Source: Deltaproteobacteria bacterium
Lineage (GTDB): Bacteria; Desulfobacterota; GWC2-55-46
Direction: 5' to 3'
DNA: 64,000 bases
Assembly: GCA_020846435.1 (NCBI GenBank)
Contig: JADLDY010000013.1
Span: forward strand, 18,906-82,905
The translations under genes and the position numbers were made by a program. The notes under the pieces were generated by a model. That model worked only from the letters and a program-made list of their open reading frames with translations. It was not told the origin of the DNA and made no database searches. This document shows, piece by piece, positions 35,067-44,614 of this stretch; the first letter of the stretch is position 1; each line of letters begins with the position of its first letter.

Positions 35067-36098
35067 TTACCTCTGCGGCTCTATTATAACTTTAATTGAA
35101 TCCCCTGCCTCTGACGCGAGTCGAAAACCCTCCGCCGCCTCTCCGAGGCCGAGCCTGTGGGTTATCATGTCATTCACCTCGACCCTTCCAGCGGCGATGA
35201 GGTCCAAGGCCATCTGGGTGTCGAGCGGCGGGGAGGCGTATGAATTTATTATCGTGATGTTGTCGCGCCAGAGGTCGAAAAGCGGGAACGGGTAGGTCCC
35301 GCCCGGCTCCTTCGGGGCGAAGAGGATAATCGTTCCGCCCCTGTCGACGCTCTTCAGAGCCTGAGAGATAGCCGGGTCGCTCGATGCGCAAAGTATGACG
35401 AGGCCGGGCATCCTTCCGAGCGCCTCTTTGACAGAGACCGGGACATCGACCTTGTCGCCCCTGAAGACGGCGTCGGCCCCGGCGCTCTTCGCGGCCTTGA
35501 GCCTGAAGTCGTTTATGTCGGTCGCGGCAATTTTGCCCGCGCCGAGCGCTCTTGCGAGCTTTATGTGGAGGAGGCCGGACATGCCGCTTCCGATGACGAG
35601 AACATCTGTGCCGGGGGTGAACCTGGCCATCCTGAACGCGCGGATGACGCAGCCCAGAGGCTCGATGAATGTCGCGTCCTCGAAGCTCATCGAATCAGGG
35701 AGGAGAAAAGTACCCCTGTCGACGTTCACGGCCGGGACCCTCACGAACTCGCAGAACCCGCCCGGGTCGAAGTTGGTCGTCCTGAGCATGTCGCAGACCG
35801 AGTGGTTGCCCTCAAGGCAGTACCTGCAGGTGTTGCACGGGACATGGTGCGCGACCGTTACCCTCATCCCCTTTTTGAAGCGGGCCACGCCTGCGCCGAC
35901 CTCGGTTATCGTGCCGGATATCTCGTGTCCGAGAATAATCGGGGCCTTTTTTATCCTGTACCACTCCATGACATCGCTTCCGCAGATGCCGCTGGCCTCT
36001 ATCCTGACGAGGAGTTCTCCTGCGCCGATCAAAGGCACGGGCCTCTCCTCGACGCGGATGTCCCTGTTATTGTAGTAGACTGCCGCCCTCACAAACAT
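35067..36098 (-). CDS. Zn-dependent medium-chain alcohol dehydrogenase (threonine/sorbitol dehydrogenase-like).
   Basis: Catalytic Zn ligands (GICGSD, H..GHE). Structural Zn with four Cys (C..C..C.......C). Rossmann GSGMSG. Probable start MFVRAAVYYNN at 36098. Confidence 0.85.
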   Translation of the reverse strand: MFVRAAVYYNNRDIRVEERPVPLIGAGELLVRIEASGICGSDVMEWYRIKKAPIILGHEISGTITEVGAGVARFKKGMRVTVAHHVPCNTCRYCLEGNHSVCDMLRTTNFDPGGFCEFVRVPAVNVDRGTFLLPDSMSFEDATFIEPLGCVIRAFRMARFTPGTDVLVIGSGMSGLLHIKLARALGAGKIAATDINDFRLKAAKSAGADAVFRGDKVDVPVSVKEALGRMPGLVILCASSDPAISQALKSVDRGGTIILFAPKEPGGTYPFPLFDLWRDNITIINSYASPPLDTQMALDLIAAGRVEVNDMITHRLGLGEAAEGFRLASEAGDSIKVIIEPQR

Positions 36099-36112
36099 CC
36101 CTCCGGAACGAT

Positions 36113-36913
36113 TTACTTGCGGGCCGCAGCTTTCTCGTTGGCAAGGGTGTTGAACATGTCCCACGCCTTTACCGGGTCAAGGTCCTTGTGGACTATCTCC
36201 CTTACGGTCTTTATCATCGGCACCGGATGCTCGGATTGGAATATGTTCCTGCCCATGTCGACTCCGGCCGCGCCCCTTACGACGGCGTTATACGCGAGCT
36301 CTATCGCTTCCCTCTCGGGTATCTTCTTGCCGCCCGCTATGACAACCGGCACGGGGCAGGTCTTCACGACCTTCTCGAAGTCTTCGCAGTAGTATGTCTT
36401 GACGATGTGCGCGCCAAGCTCGGCCGCTATCCTGCACGCAAGGCTCAAGTACCTCGCGTCCCTGTTCATCTCCTTGCCTACGGCGGTGACGGCCAGGACC
36501 GGTATTCCGTACTCCTGAGCCTCACTTATGAGGTCGGCAAGCCCGAGGAGGGATTTCCTTTCAAGCTCGGAGCCGACGAATATCGACATGGCGACCCCTG
36601 AGACGTTCATCCTTATGGCGTCCCTTATTGAGACGGTCGTGCCCTCGTCGGCGAGGTTGCCGAGCACGCTGGTGCCGCCCGAGACCCTCAACATGATGGG
36701 CACGTCAACGCTTGTGTCGACAGAGCTCCTGAGGACGCCCCTCGTGAGCATCAGGCAGTCCGCGTATTTGACGAGCGGCTCTATCGTCTTGCCCGGGTCC
36801 TCAAGGCCTGAAGTGGGCCCCAGAAAGTAGCCGTGGTCAACGGCAAGCATTACGGTCCTTCCGGTCTCCGGACGGATTATCCTCGAAAGACGGTTCTTCA
36901 TCCCCCAATCCAT
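36113..36913 (-). CDS. Class I aldolase, DhnA/FbaB family (fructose-bisphosphate aldolase or related DKFP/ADH-synthase type).
   Basis: TIM-barrel DhnA-type pattern with the probable Schiff-base Lys in HIVKTYY; 266 aa. Confidence 0.7.
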   Translation of the reverse strand: MDWGMKNRLSRIIRPETGRTVMLAVDHGYFLGPTSGLEDPGKTIEPLVKYADCLMLTRGVLRSSVDTSVDVPIMLRVSGGTSVLGNLADEGTTVSIRDAIRMNVSGVAMSIFVGSELERKSLLGLADLISEAQEYGIPVLAVTAVGKEMNRDARYLSLACRIAAELGAHIVKTYYCEDFEKVVKTCPVPVVIAGGKKIPEREAIELAYNAVVRGAAGVDMGRNIFQSEHPVPMIKTVREIVHKDLDPVKAWDMFNTLANEKAAARK

Positions 36914-37076
36914 TGTGAACCCTCCCTTTGCGTTTATTTTTCAGGCCCGGACTTTGCCGGGCAAAAACCTTTTAAATCAGATAGTTCGCCTGACGGCTCT
37001 CAGGCTTTAAACAATAAGTCAGGATAACAAGGTAGCTTCTTTCAGTCAACTGAAAACAAATGTAACCGCAACCTTC

Positions 37077-37343
37077 TCAAGACTCGTATCTTCCCCGGCA
37101 ATCCTCAGAGCAGAAATAGACGGTCTTGCCACTGTCAGTCGATTTGACGGCCGAGCTCAAGGGCACATAGCTGCCGCAGACAGGGTCAAGGGCCATCTCC
37201 TCCGCCTTCTCGCGCGGCGGGCCTGTTGGCTCTTTCGGCTGAGGCGGCGCAGAAGGCGCCTTCATCTGTTTTTTCGCCTCAAGGCTGTTCTTCAGGGCCC
37301 TTACTATGAAGAAAACAGCTATGAGTATGAGGACGCTTTTCAC
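37077..37343 (-). CDS. Small membrane-anchored YHS/TRASH-type zinc-ribbon protein.
   Basis: N-terminal TM helix, Pro-rich linker, and C-terminal DPVCGSYV...YFCSEDC metal-binding motif. Confidence 0.55.
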   Translation of the reverse strand: MKSVLILIAVFFIVRALKNSLEAKKQMKAPSAPPQPKEPTGPPREKAEEMALDPVCGSYVPLSSAVKSTDSGKTVYFCSEDCRGRYES

Positions 37344-37825
37344 TATGGCTCCATCTTTCTTACGCCGGTTTTATCGAGGCTTCCGGCTATCTCTGAAACT
37401 GTCCTGCCAAGTACGGGGTGTTTGAACTCCGGGGCGATCTCGGCCAGCGGGACCATGACAAAGGCCCTCTCATGCGCTGACGGATGAGGTATGGTGAGCC
37501 CGTCTTCGCCCACGACAAGGTCGCCATAGAAGATTATGTCGAGGTCTATTGTCCTTGGCCCCCAACGCTCAGTCTCCTGGCGGCCCATCCCGGCCTCGAC
37601 AGACTTAAGATGGGCAAGGAGGGCGGCAGGCGTCAGTTCAGTCTCGACCCCCATCACCGCGTTCACGAAGGCGCCCTGCTCCTTCATGCCCCAGGGCTCT
37701 GTCTCGTAAAAGGAGCTCAGGAGAACAAGAGTCGCCTTCACTTCGTCTGCGGCCCGAAGAACGGCCTTCTTAACATTGGCGATCCTGTCGCCGAGGTTGG
37801 AGCCTATCGCGATATACGCTATCAT
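37343..37825 (-). CDS. folK: 2-amino-4-hydroxy-6-hydroxymethyldihydropteridine pyrophosphokinase (HPPK).
   Basis: IAIGSNLGDR, ETEPWG and IDLDIIFYGD motifs. Confidence 0.9.
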   Translation of the reverse strand: MIAYIAIGSNLGDRIANVKKAVLRAADEVKATLVLLSSFYETEPWGMKEQGAFVNAVMGVETELTPAALLAHLKSVEAGMGRQETERWGPRTIDLDIIFYGDLVVGEDGLTIPHPSAHERAFVMVPLAEIAPEFKHPVLGRTVSEIAGSLDKTGVRKMEP

Positions 37826-37892
37826 GAAATATCAAAGGGCCTGGACGCCGAGGCAATCCAGGCCCGTCCTGTCATTTTCTCCCGGCGCCTTC

Positions 37893-39140
37893 TCAGAACT
37901 GCAGCTCCAGGGCTTTGAGCCTCTTCTTCATCTCTTCTATTACCCGGTACTCGTCGTCCTTGTTCTTGGCCATGAAAGTGGCCGAGAACCTCAGGTACTG
38001 GCCTTCGTCGTCCCAGGGCACGGTGGAGATATGCGCCTCTTTTATCAGGTACTCGGAGACATCCTCCGCGCTGTTGAAAATTATTCCGGTCTTGTTCGCC
38101 TTCTTCGGCGCGCCCACATAAAGGTAGAAAGAGCCCCTTGGCATTACTGCCGTAAAGCCGGAAGCGCTCAAGGCCTCGACCATGAGCTTCAGTCTCCTCT
38201 TGTACTTCTCGGATATCTTCTCGGTTATCTCAGGGTGCTCGAGAGCGTGGATACCAGCTTTCTGTATCGCTATGAACTGCCCGGAGTCGAAGTTGTCCTT
38301 GACGTGGCCGTAGGCGGCCACAATCTTCTCATTTCCGGCGACAAAGGCGAGCCTCCAGCCGGTCATGTTGTAGGCCTTTGAAAAAGAATGTATCTCTATG
38401 CCGACGTCTTTTGCCCCTTCGACGGAAAGGAAGCTCAGGGGCTTGGAGTCGTAGGCAAGCGCGGCGTAGGCCGCGTCATGCACGACGATTATCCTGTTCT
38501 TTTTCGCGAACTCCACGACTTTCCTGAAGAATTCCGGCGTGGCGGTAGCGCCCGTCGGGTTGTTCGGGTAGTTGATGTAAAGGAGCTTCACGCCCTTCAA
38601 GTCCGCTGGGGTAAGAGAGTCGAGGTCAGGCAGAAAGCCGTTCTCCTCTTTCAAAGGAAGCTTTATGACCCTTCCGCCGTTCCACTCGGTATGGGTGGCC
38701 ATGATGGGGTAGCCGGGCACTGTCATGAGAACGCCGTCGCCGGGGTTTATGAAGGCCTCCGGTATCATGGCGAGCGCGGGCTTGGAGCCGATGGAGTGGA
38801 TTATCTCCCTGGCCGGGTCTATGCCGGGGACTCCGTAGACCTTCTCAAGATACCTGGCCGCGGCTTCCTTGAGTTCCAGAATGCCGTTGTCAGAGTAACC
38901 CCTGTTCTCGGGCTTGGCGCACTCGAGCTTCAAAGCCTCGACCACAAGGGGGAACGCCATCTCGTCGGGCTCGCCAACGCCGAAGTCAAGAAGCTCGGTC
39001 ATGGGCGAGTTTTTCTTCGCCTCGGCCTTGGCCCTCTTTATCTTCTCGAACTTGTAGATCTTCTGGCTTTTCCCGAAGAGGCTGCCGCCAATTCTTTCGG
39101 CGAACAAGCCCTGAATATAGTCTTCTGACATCTGTATCAA
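37893..39140 (-). CDS. dapL: LL-diaminopimelate aminotransferase (class I PLP aminotransferase).
   Basis: SFSKAYNMTGWRLAF (PLP Lys). The N-terminus MIQMSEDYIQGLFAERIGGSLFG is typical of DapL. Confidence 0.8.
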   Translation of the reverse strand: MIQMSEDYIQGLFAERIGGSLFGKSQKIYKFEKIKRAKAEAKKNSPMTELLDFGVGEPDEMAFPLVVEALKLECAKPENRGYSDNGILELKEAAARYLEKVYGVPGIDPAREIIHSIGSKPALAMIPEAFINPGDGVLMTVPGYPIMATHTEWNGGRVIKLPLKEENGFLPDLDSLTPADLKGVKLLYINYPNNPTGATATPEFFRKVVEFAKKNRIIVVHDAAYAALAYDSKPLSFLSVEGAKDVGIEIHSFSKAYNMTGWRLAFVAGNEKIVAAYGHVKDNFDSGQFIAIQKAGIHALEHPEITEKISEKYKRRLKLMVEALSASGFTAVMPRGSFYLYVGAPKKANKTGIIFNSAEDVSEYLIKEAHISTVPWDDEGQYLRFSATFMAKNKDDEYRVIEEMKKRLKALELQF

Positions 39141-39322
39141 AATCCTCCTTGGTGTAGCTGAATGAGAATAATTATATTAGAACAAAACAGGCCGCAGTTC
39201 AACCCTCAAGAATGGGTATGACAGCCTGGGCCTGTCCCGTAAGCGGCGGGCCGGGGCTGGCAAATAAAAATGAAATTTCCTTACCATCTAAATTCTCCGT
39301 CATTTATGTCGGAGAATTTTAA

Positions 39323-40120
39323 TTATTCCCAGAGCTTTCTTGAGGCCCTGCCGTCGACGACCTTATTTCTAAGGTTCCCTATGCCGTCTATCCTTACCTC
39401 GACTACATCCCCCGGCCTCATCTTGCCTATGCCGGAAGGAGTGCCTGTAGTTATTATATCACCTGGCAAAAGAGTCATCACGTGGGAGACGAAGGATACG
39501 AGCTGAAAAACGTCAAAAATCATGTCTTTAGACGATGTATTCTGCTTCATCTGTCCGTTGAGATAGGTATGTATCGTAACGTCGAGCGGGTCGATGGCGG
39601 TATCTATCACCGGGCCCACTGGCGCGAAGGTGTCAAAGCCCTTTGCGCGCGTGTACTGGATATCCTTGCCCTGGAGGTCTCTGGCGGTAACATCGTTGAC
39701 GCAGGTATAGCCGAGGATAAACTCAGCCGCGTCCTTTGCCAGCACCTCTTTGGCCCTCTTTCCGATGACCAGGCCAAGCTCCCCTTCATAATCGACCCTG
39801 TGCGACATGTGCGCCGGATAGACTATCTCGTCCTCCGGGCCGATGACCGCTGTCGAGGGCTTTATGAATATCATCGGCTCTTCAGGCAGGGGTTTGCCGA
39901 ACTCGGCCGCGTGCGCCTTGTAGTTGAGCCCTATGGCGACTATCTTCGAAGGCAGGACAGGAGCGAGCAGGCGCACGTCAGCGAGCTTATGCCCGGCTCC
40001 CTTCGTGACCTTACCGGAGAAACCCGGCGCGAAAGGGTCGTCCTTTATCTCGAAGACAGATTCTCCTTCGATGACGCCGAAAGAAGTCTTGCCGCCTGAG
40101 CTGAACCTGCAGAGCTTCAC
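39323..40120 (-). CDS. Fumarylacetoacetate hydrolase (FAH) family protein.
   Basis: FAH-fold metal-binding acidic residues; 265 aa; resembles 2-keto-4-pentenoate hydratase / oxaloacetate decarboxylase. Confidence 0.8.
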   Translation of the reverse strand: MKLCRFSSGGKTSFGVIEGESVFEIKDDPFAPGFSGKVTKGAGHKLADVRLLAPVLPSKIVAIGLNYKAHAAEFGKPLPEEPMIFIKPSTAVIGPEDEIVYPAHMSHRVDYEGELGLVIGKRAKEVLAKDAAEFILGYTCVNDVTARDLQGKDIQYTRAKGFDTFAPVGPVIDTAIDPLDVTIHTYLNGQMKQNTSSKDMIFDVFQLVSFVSHVMTLLPGDIITTGTPSGIGKMRPGDVVEVRIDGIGNLRNKVVDGRASRKLWE

Positions 40121-41380
40121 TTACTTTCTCCTTTTAGCCGCGGCCGCCTTTTTCGACGCCTTCGGCTTCGCGGCCCTGTCTACCATCGACTTTATCTTGA
40201 GCCTCAGTGCGTTTATCTTGATAAAGCCCTCGGCGTCCTTCTGGTCATATACCGTGTCCTCTTCAAAGGTCGCGAAGTCAGGATGATAGAGCGAGAGATC
40301 AGCCTTCCTTCCCGCGACTATTGCATTGCCCTTGTAGAGCTTCATTCTGGCTACCCCCGTTACGCCGGAGGTGGCAGAGTCGATGAGCGTCTGCAAGGCG
40401 AGCCTCTCAGGAGAAAACCAGTAGCCGTTGTACACGAGCGTTGCGTACTTCTGCGACATGCTGTCGCGAAGGTGGAGGAGCTCCCTGTCCATTGTCAAAG
40501 ACTCAACAGCCCTTCTCGCTCCGTGGAGTATCGTCCCGCCGGGGGTCTCGTAGACGCCCCTGGACTTCATGCCGACATAACGGTTCTCGACCATGTCCAT
40601 CCTGCCCACTCCGTTGGCCCCTCCGACTTTGTTCAAAAGGGCGAGGAGGCTGGCTGGAGAGAGCCTCTTGCCGTCAAGTGACACCGGGTTGCCGTTCTCA
40701 AAGCCTATCTCTATATAAGTTGCCCTGTTCGGGGCTTTCTCAGGAGAGACGCTCATTGTGTACATGTCGGAGGTCGGCTCTGCCCAGGGGTCTTCGAGAA
40801 CGCCCCCCTCGAAGCTTATGTGGAAGAGGTTTGCGTCCGAGCTGTACGGCTTCTTCTTTGTGACCGGCACCGGGATGCCGTGACGCCTGGCATAGGCCAC
40901 GAGGTCTGCCCTGCCCTTCATGTCCCATATCCTCCAGGGCGCTATGACCTTTATGTGCGGGTTCATCGAATAGTAGGCCAGCTCAAAACGAACCTGATCG
41001 TTGCCCTTGCCTGTCGCGCCGTGTGAGACGGAGTCGCACTTTTCCTTCGCCGCTATCTCCATCTGGGCCTTGGCTATAAGGGGCCTCGCGATAGATGTGC
41101 CGAGAAGATAGGTGCCTTCGTACACTGAAGAAGCCCTGAGCATCGGGAAGACGAAGTCTTTGACAAACTCTTCCCTGAGGTCCTGTATGTAGACTTTCGA
41201 AGCGCCTGTTGAGAGAGCCTTTTTCCTTATCGCGTCTATCTCGACGTCTCCCTGGCCTATGTCAGCGGAGAAGGCCACGACCTCGCAGCCATAGGTCTCG
41301 ATAAGCCACTTCATTATGACCGAGGTATCGAGCCCCCCGGAATAGGCTAAGGCAACTCTTTTTACGCTTTTGGACATCAC
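40121..41380 (-). CDS. argG: Argininosuccinate synthase.
   Basis: [12 protein letters not shown]-loop; full-length. Confidence 0.95.
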   Translation of the reverse strand: MMSKSVKRVALAYSGGLDTSVIMKWLIETYGCEVVAFSADIGQGDVEIDAIRKKALSTGASKVYIQDLREEFVKDFVFPMLRASSVYEGTYLLGTSIARPLIAKAQMEIAAKEKCDSVSHGATGKGNDQVRFELAYYSMNPHIKVIAPWRIWDMKGRADLVAYARRHGIPVPVTKKKPYSSDANLFHISFEGGVLEDPWAEPTSDMYTMSVSPEKAPNRATYIEIGFENGNPVSLDGKRLSPASLLALLNKVGGANGVGRMDMVENRYVGMKSRGVYETPGGTILHGARRAVESLTMDRELLHLRDSMSQKYATLVYNGYWFSPERLALQTLIDSATSGVTGVARMKLYKGNAIVAGRKADLSLYHPDFATFEEDTVYDQKDAEGFIKINALRLKIKSMVDRAAKPKASKKAAAAKRRK

Positions 41381-41404
41381 AAGCTCCTTATAATGAATAT
41401 TATT

Positions 41405-42316
41405 CTAAACCTTAACGATCAACCGATCGAGTATAGCTTTCTGTATGTGGAGCCTGTTCTCGGCCTCGTCCCATACCACTGACTGCGGCCCCTCCATGAC
41501 TTCGTCGGTTATCTCTTCATTCCTGTGCGCGGGCAGGCAGTGCATGACGATGGCGTCTTTCCTGGCGAGCCCCATGACCCTCGAGTTTATCTGGAAGCCT
41601 TCGAAGGCTTTCTTCCTCGCGACCGCCTCTTCTTCCTGTCCCATGGACGCCCAGACATCGGTGTTGAGGACATCCGCGTTTGTAGCGGCTTCATCGACGC
41701 TCTCCGTAACCCTTATCTTCGGGTTTATCGCTACGGCCTTTTTCAGTATGGCTTCATCTGGATAATAGCCTTTCGGGCACGCGAGGACAAGCTCGAAACC
41801 GAGGACTTGGGCCGCCTCTATCCAAGAGTTGGCCATGTTGTTGCCGTCGCCTATCCAACAGACTTTGAGCCCATCGTAGCCGCCTTTTTTCTCGATAATG
41901 GTCAGCACGTCGGCCAGCACCTGGCACGGGTGATGAAGGTCGGTAAGGCCGTTTATCACAGGGACGGCCGAATACTTCGCGTACTCCTCTATTACATCGT
42001 GTCCGAAGGTGCGTATGACTATGGCGTCTACATACCTGGACATGACTCTGGCGGTATCCTTGATCGGCTCTCCGCGGCCTATCTGCGAGTCCCTCTGGCT
42101 TATGAAAATGGCCTGCCCGCCGAGCTGGTGCATGGCCGTCTCAAAAGAGACGCGTGTCCTCGTCGAAGACTTCTCGAAGATAAGGCCGAGCGTCTTGCCG
42201 CGCAGAGGATTGTGCGGTATCCCGGCCTTGTGGCGGGCCTTGCCTGTTGCGGCCATATCGAGGAGCTTATCAACTTCCTGCTTCGTAAGCTCTGCTATCG
42301 TAAGGAGGTGCGTCAT
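41405..42316 (-). CDS. argF: Ornithine carbamoyltransferase.
   Basis: STRTR carbamoyl-phosphate motif, HCLP, and DxxxSMG. Confidence 0.93.
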   Translation of the reverse strand: MTHLLTIAELTKQEVDKLLDMAATGKARHKAGIPHNPLRGKTLGLIFEKSSTRTRVSFETAMHQLGGQAIFISQRDSQIGRGEPIKDTARVMSRYVDAIVIRTFGHDVIEEYAKYSAVPVINGLTDLHHPCQVLADVLTIIEKKGGYDGLKVCWIGDGNNMANSWIEAAQVLGFELVLACPKGYYPDEAILKKAVAINPKIRVTESVDEAATNADVLNTDVWASMGQEEEAVARKKAFEGFQINSRVMGLARKDAIVMHCLPAHRNEEITDEVMEGPQSVVWDEAENRLHIQKAILDRLIVKV

Positions 42317-42354
42317 CCGGGTTCTCCGTTTTCTTTAACGCCTGTTTTTCTGCT

Positions 42355-43560
42355 TTAAACCCTGCCGGCCGCTGCCTCAAGCGACGGGACGAGCGTTGCG
42401 AGCATCTCGTCGACTTCCTTTTCAGTCACTATAAGGGCCGGTATGAAACGCAGGACCTTGTCGCCAACGCAGTTCAAAAGGAGGCCCTTGGACAGACAGT
42501 CTTTCACTATCTCTCCGGCCTTGATGCCTTCCTCGAGCTCCATGCCCAGGATGAGGCCTTTACCCCTCACCTCTTTTATGAACGAATACTTGCTCTTGAG
42601 GCCGTTGAGCCTGCCTTCGAGGTATGCGCCGACTTTTTTGCAGTTTTCCAGCACGCCGTCTTCAAGTACGGCCTTGAGAGCGGCAAGACCCGCGGCCGTG
42701 GCAATAGGGTTTCCGCCGAATGTAGAGGCGTGAGTGCCGGGGACAAATGCCGCAGCGACTTCTTCGGTCGCTATCATCGCGCCGATGGCCACCCCTCCGG
42801 CGAGCCCCTTGGCAAGGGTCATAATGTCAGGCGTGACGCCGAAGTTCTCATAAGCGAACAGGGTGCCGGTACGGCCTACGCCGACCTGCACCTCGTCGAA
42901 CATGAGGAGAACTCCGGCCTTTGTGCAGACTTCGCGAAGCTCCTTCATGTACTGGACGGAAGGCACATTGACCCCGCCCTCGCCCTGAATAGGCTCTATC
43001 ATCACGGCGGCAGTCGAGGGATTAATCGTCCTTTTGGCTGCCTCTATATCGTTGAACGGCACATGTATGAACTTTTCGAGCAGAGGCTCGAAGCCTGCCT
43101 GATATTTTTTCTGGCCTGTGGCGGCAAGCGCGGCCATCGTGCGTCCGTGGAACGATTGCTCCATGGTGAGCACCTGATAGCGCGGGAGCCCTTTGTTGCT
43201 GAAGTACTTTCTCGCGAGCTTTATAGCCGACTCGTTCGCCTCCGCGCCTGAGTTGCAGAAAAAGACCCTGTCGCCGAAGGAGTTCTCAGTCAAGGCCTTA
43301 GCGAGGAGCGACTGCGTCTCTATGTGGTAGAGGTTCGATATGTGGATGAGCTTTTCAGCCTGCTCTTTTATCGCCGCGACGACCTTCGGATGGCAATGGC
43401 CCAGGTTGCAGACCGCGAGGCCGGAAGTGAAATCGAGATATTCCCTTCCGTCCGCGTCCCAGACCCTCGTTCCCTTGCCGCGCACGATAGCGATGGGGAA
43501 CCTGCCGTAGGTATTGGCTACATGCTTTGTCGTGAGGCCTATTATGTCAGCGTTGGTCAA
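42355..43560 (-). CDS. argD: Acetylornithine aminotransferase.
   Basis: Class III aminotransferase; DEVQVGVGRTG... with the PLP Lys in TLAKGLAGG. Confidence 0.92.
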   Translation of the reverse strand: MTNADIIGLTTKHVANTYGRFPIAIVRGKGTRVWDADGREYLDFTSGLAVCNLGHCHPKVVAAIKEQAEKLIHISNLYHIETQSLLAKALTENSFGDRVFFCNSGAEANESAIKLARKYFSNKGLPRYQVLTMEQSFHGRTMAALAATGQKKYQAGFEPLLEKFIHVPFNDIEAAKRTINPSTAAVMIEPIQGEGGVNVPSVQYMKELREVCTKAGVLLMFDEVQVGVGRTGTLFAYENFGVTPDIMTLAKGLAGGVAIGAMIATEEVAAAFVPGTHASTFGGNPIATAAGLAALKAVLEDGVLENCKKVGAYLEGRLNGLKSKYSFIKEVRGKGLILGMELEEGIKAGEIVKDCLSKGLLLNCVGDKVLRFIPALIVTEKEVDEMLATLVPSLEAAAGRV

Positions 43561-43594
43561 GTCAATAACCTCTCTTTATATTGCGGTGTTTTCC

Positions 43595-43683
43595 GTCATT
43601 CTGAGGGAGCGCAAGCGACCGAAGAATCTCGTGATCTGTTGATTCCATCAGCCCGGAGATTGCCGCGCTACGCTCGCAATGAC
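43595..43683. repeat. Imperfect inverted-repeat (palindromic) element in the argB-argD spacer.
   Basis: Arm A (43595..43628) is gtcattctgagggagcgcaagcgaccgaagaatc. The reverse complement of arm B (43658..43683) is gtcattgcgagcgtagcgcggcaatc. They share GTCATT...GAGCG...AATC ends around a 29-nt spacer. Confidence 0.5.
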
Positions 43684-43686
43684 ATA

Positions 43687-44544
43687 CTACTTCTTTAGAC
43701 CTATCGCCGTTCCAACTCCTGCGTCCGTGAAGACTTCGAGCAATATCGCGTGCTCGACCCTTCCGTCGATTATGTGCGCCCTGTTGACGCCTGAGGCCAC
43801 GGCCTCCATGCAGCACTGGAGCTTGGGTATCATGCCGCCGACGGCGACCTTCTTCGTAATGAGCGCGCGCGCCTCAGAAAGGGTCAGGGCCGAGATGAGC
43901 TTCTTGTTCTTGTCGAGAACTCCGGCCACATCTGTCAAGAGAATGAGCTTTTCCGCCTTCAGGGCCGTCGCAATCTTGCCCGCGACCGTATCCGCGTTGA
44001 TGTTGTAGCTCTCGGAGTCGTCCCCGCCGCCGACAGGAGCTATTACAGGGATGAAGTTGTTTTCTTCAAGGGTGCGGATGACCGACGGGTCTATGGACTC
44101 GACATCTCCTACATAGCCCATCTCCTCGCCCTTTATCTTCATTCTCCTGGCCTTGATGAGACCGCCGTCCTTGCCGCCTATGCCTACCGCCCTGCCGCCG
44201 AAGTGGTTTATGAGGCCGACTATCTCCTTGTTAATCTTTCCGACAAGGACCATCTCGACGACATCCATCGTCTCGTTGTCCGTGACCCTTATGCCCTTGA
44301 CGAACCTCGTTTCCTTGCCGAGCTTCGTGAGGAGCCCGCCGATTTGCGGGCCGCCGCCGTGGACTATGACAGGGTTTATGCCGACATACTTCATCAGCAC
44401 AATGTCCCTGGCGAAGTCCTTCTTGAGCTCGTCGTCTATCATGGCGTTGCCGCCGTACTTTATGACGATCGTCTTGTTGTAGAACTTCCTTATGTACGGA
44501 AGGGACTCGAATAGAGTTCTTATCTTTTCGATGTTTTTCTGCAT
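43687..44544 (-). CDS. argB: Acetylglutamate kinase.
   Basis: Amino-acid kinase family; VIKYGGNAM and VVHGGGPQI. Confidence 0.93.
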   Translation of the reverse strand: MQKNIEKIRTLFESLPYIRKFYNKTIVIKYGGNAMIDDELKKDFARDIVLMKYVGINPVIVHGGGPQIGGLLTKLGKETRFVKGIRVTDNETMDVVEMVLVGKINKEIVGLINHFGGRAVGIGGKDGGLIKARRMKIKGEEMGYVGDVESIDPSVIRTLEENNFIPVIAPVGGGDDSESYNINADTVAGKIATALKAEKLILLTDVAGVLDKNKKLISALTLSEARALITKKVAVGGMIPKLQCCMEAVASGVNRAHIIDGRVEHAILLEVFTDAGVGTAIGLKK

Positions 44545-44554
44545 TTCAGCTCCA

Positions 44555-44601
44555 TAAAAAATACCGTGGCGTTGGGGCTTTGACCCGCATGCCCGCCACG
44601 G
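44555..44601 (-). terminator. Rho-independent terminator downstream of hslU.
   Basis: Minus strand: ccgtggcg...cgccacgg stem followed by tatttttta. Confidence 0.6.
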
Positions 44602-44614
44602 CCTTTTAAGGGGA

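Noticed and set aside
43562-43816. 84-aa minus-strand ORF across the argB-argD spacer.
   Set aside because: It is generated by the palindromic repeat element and runs into the argB 3' end.
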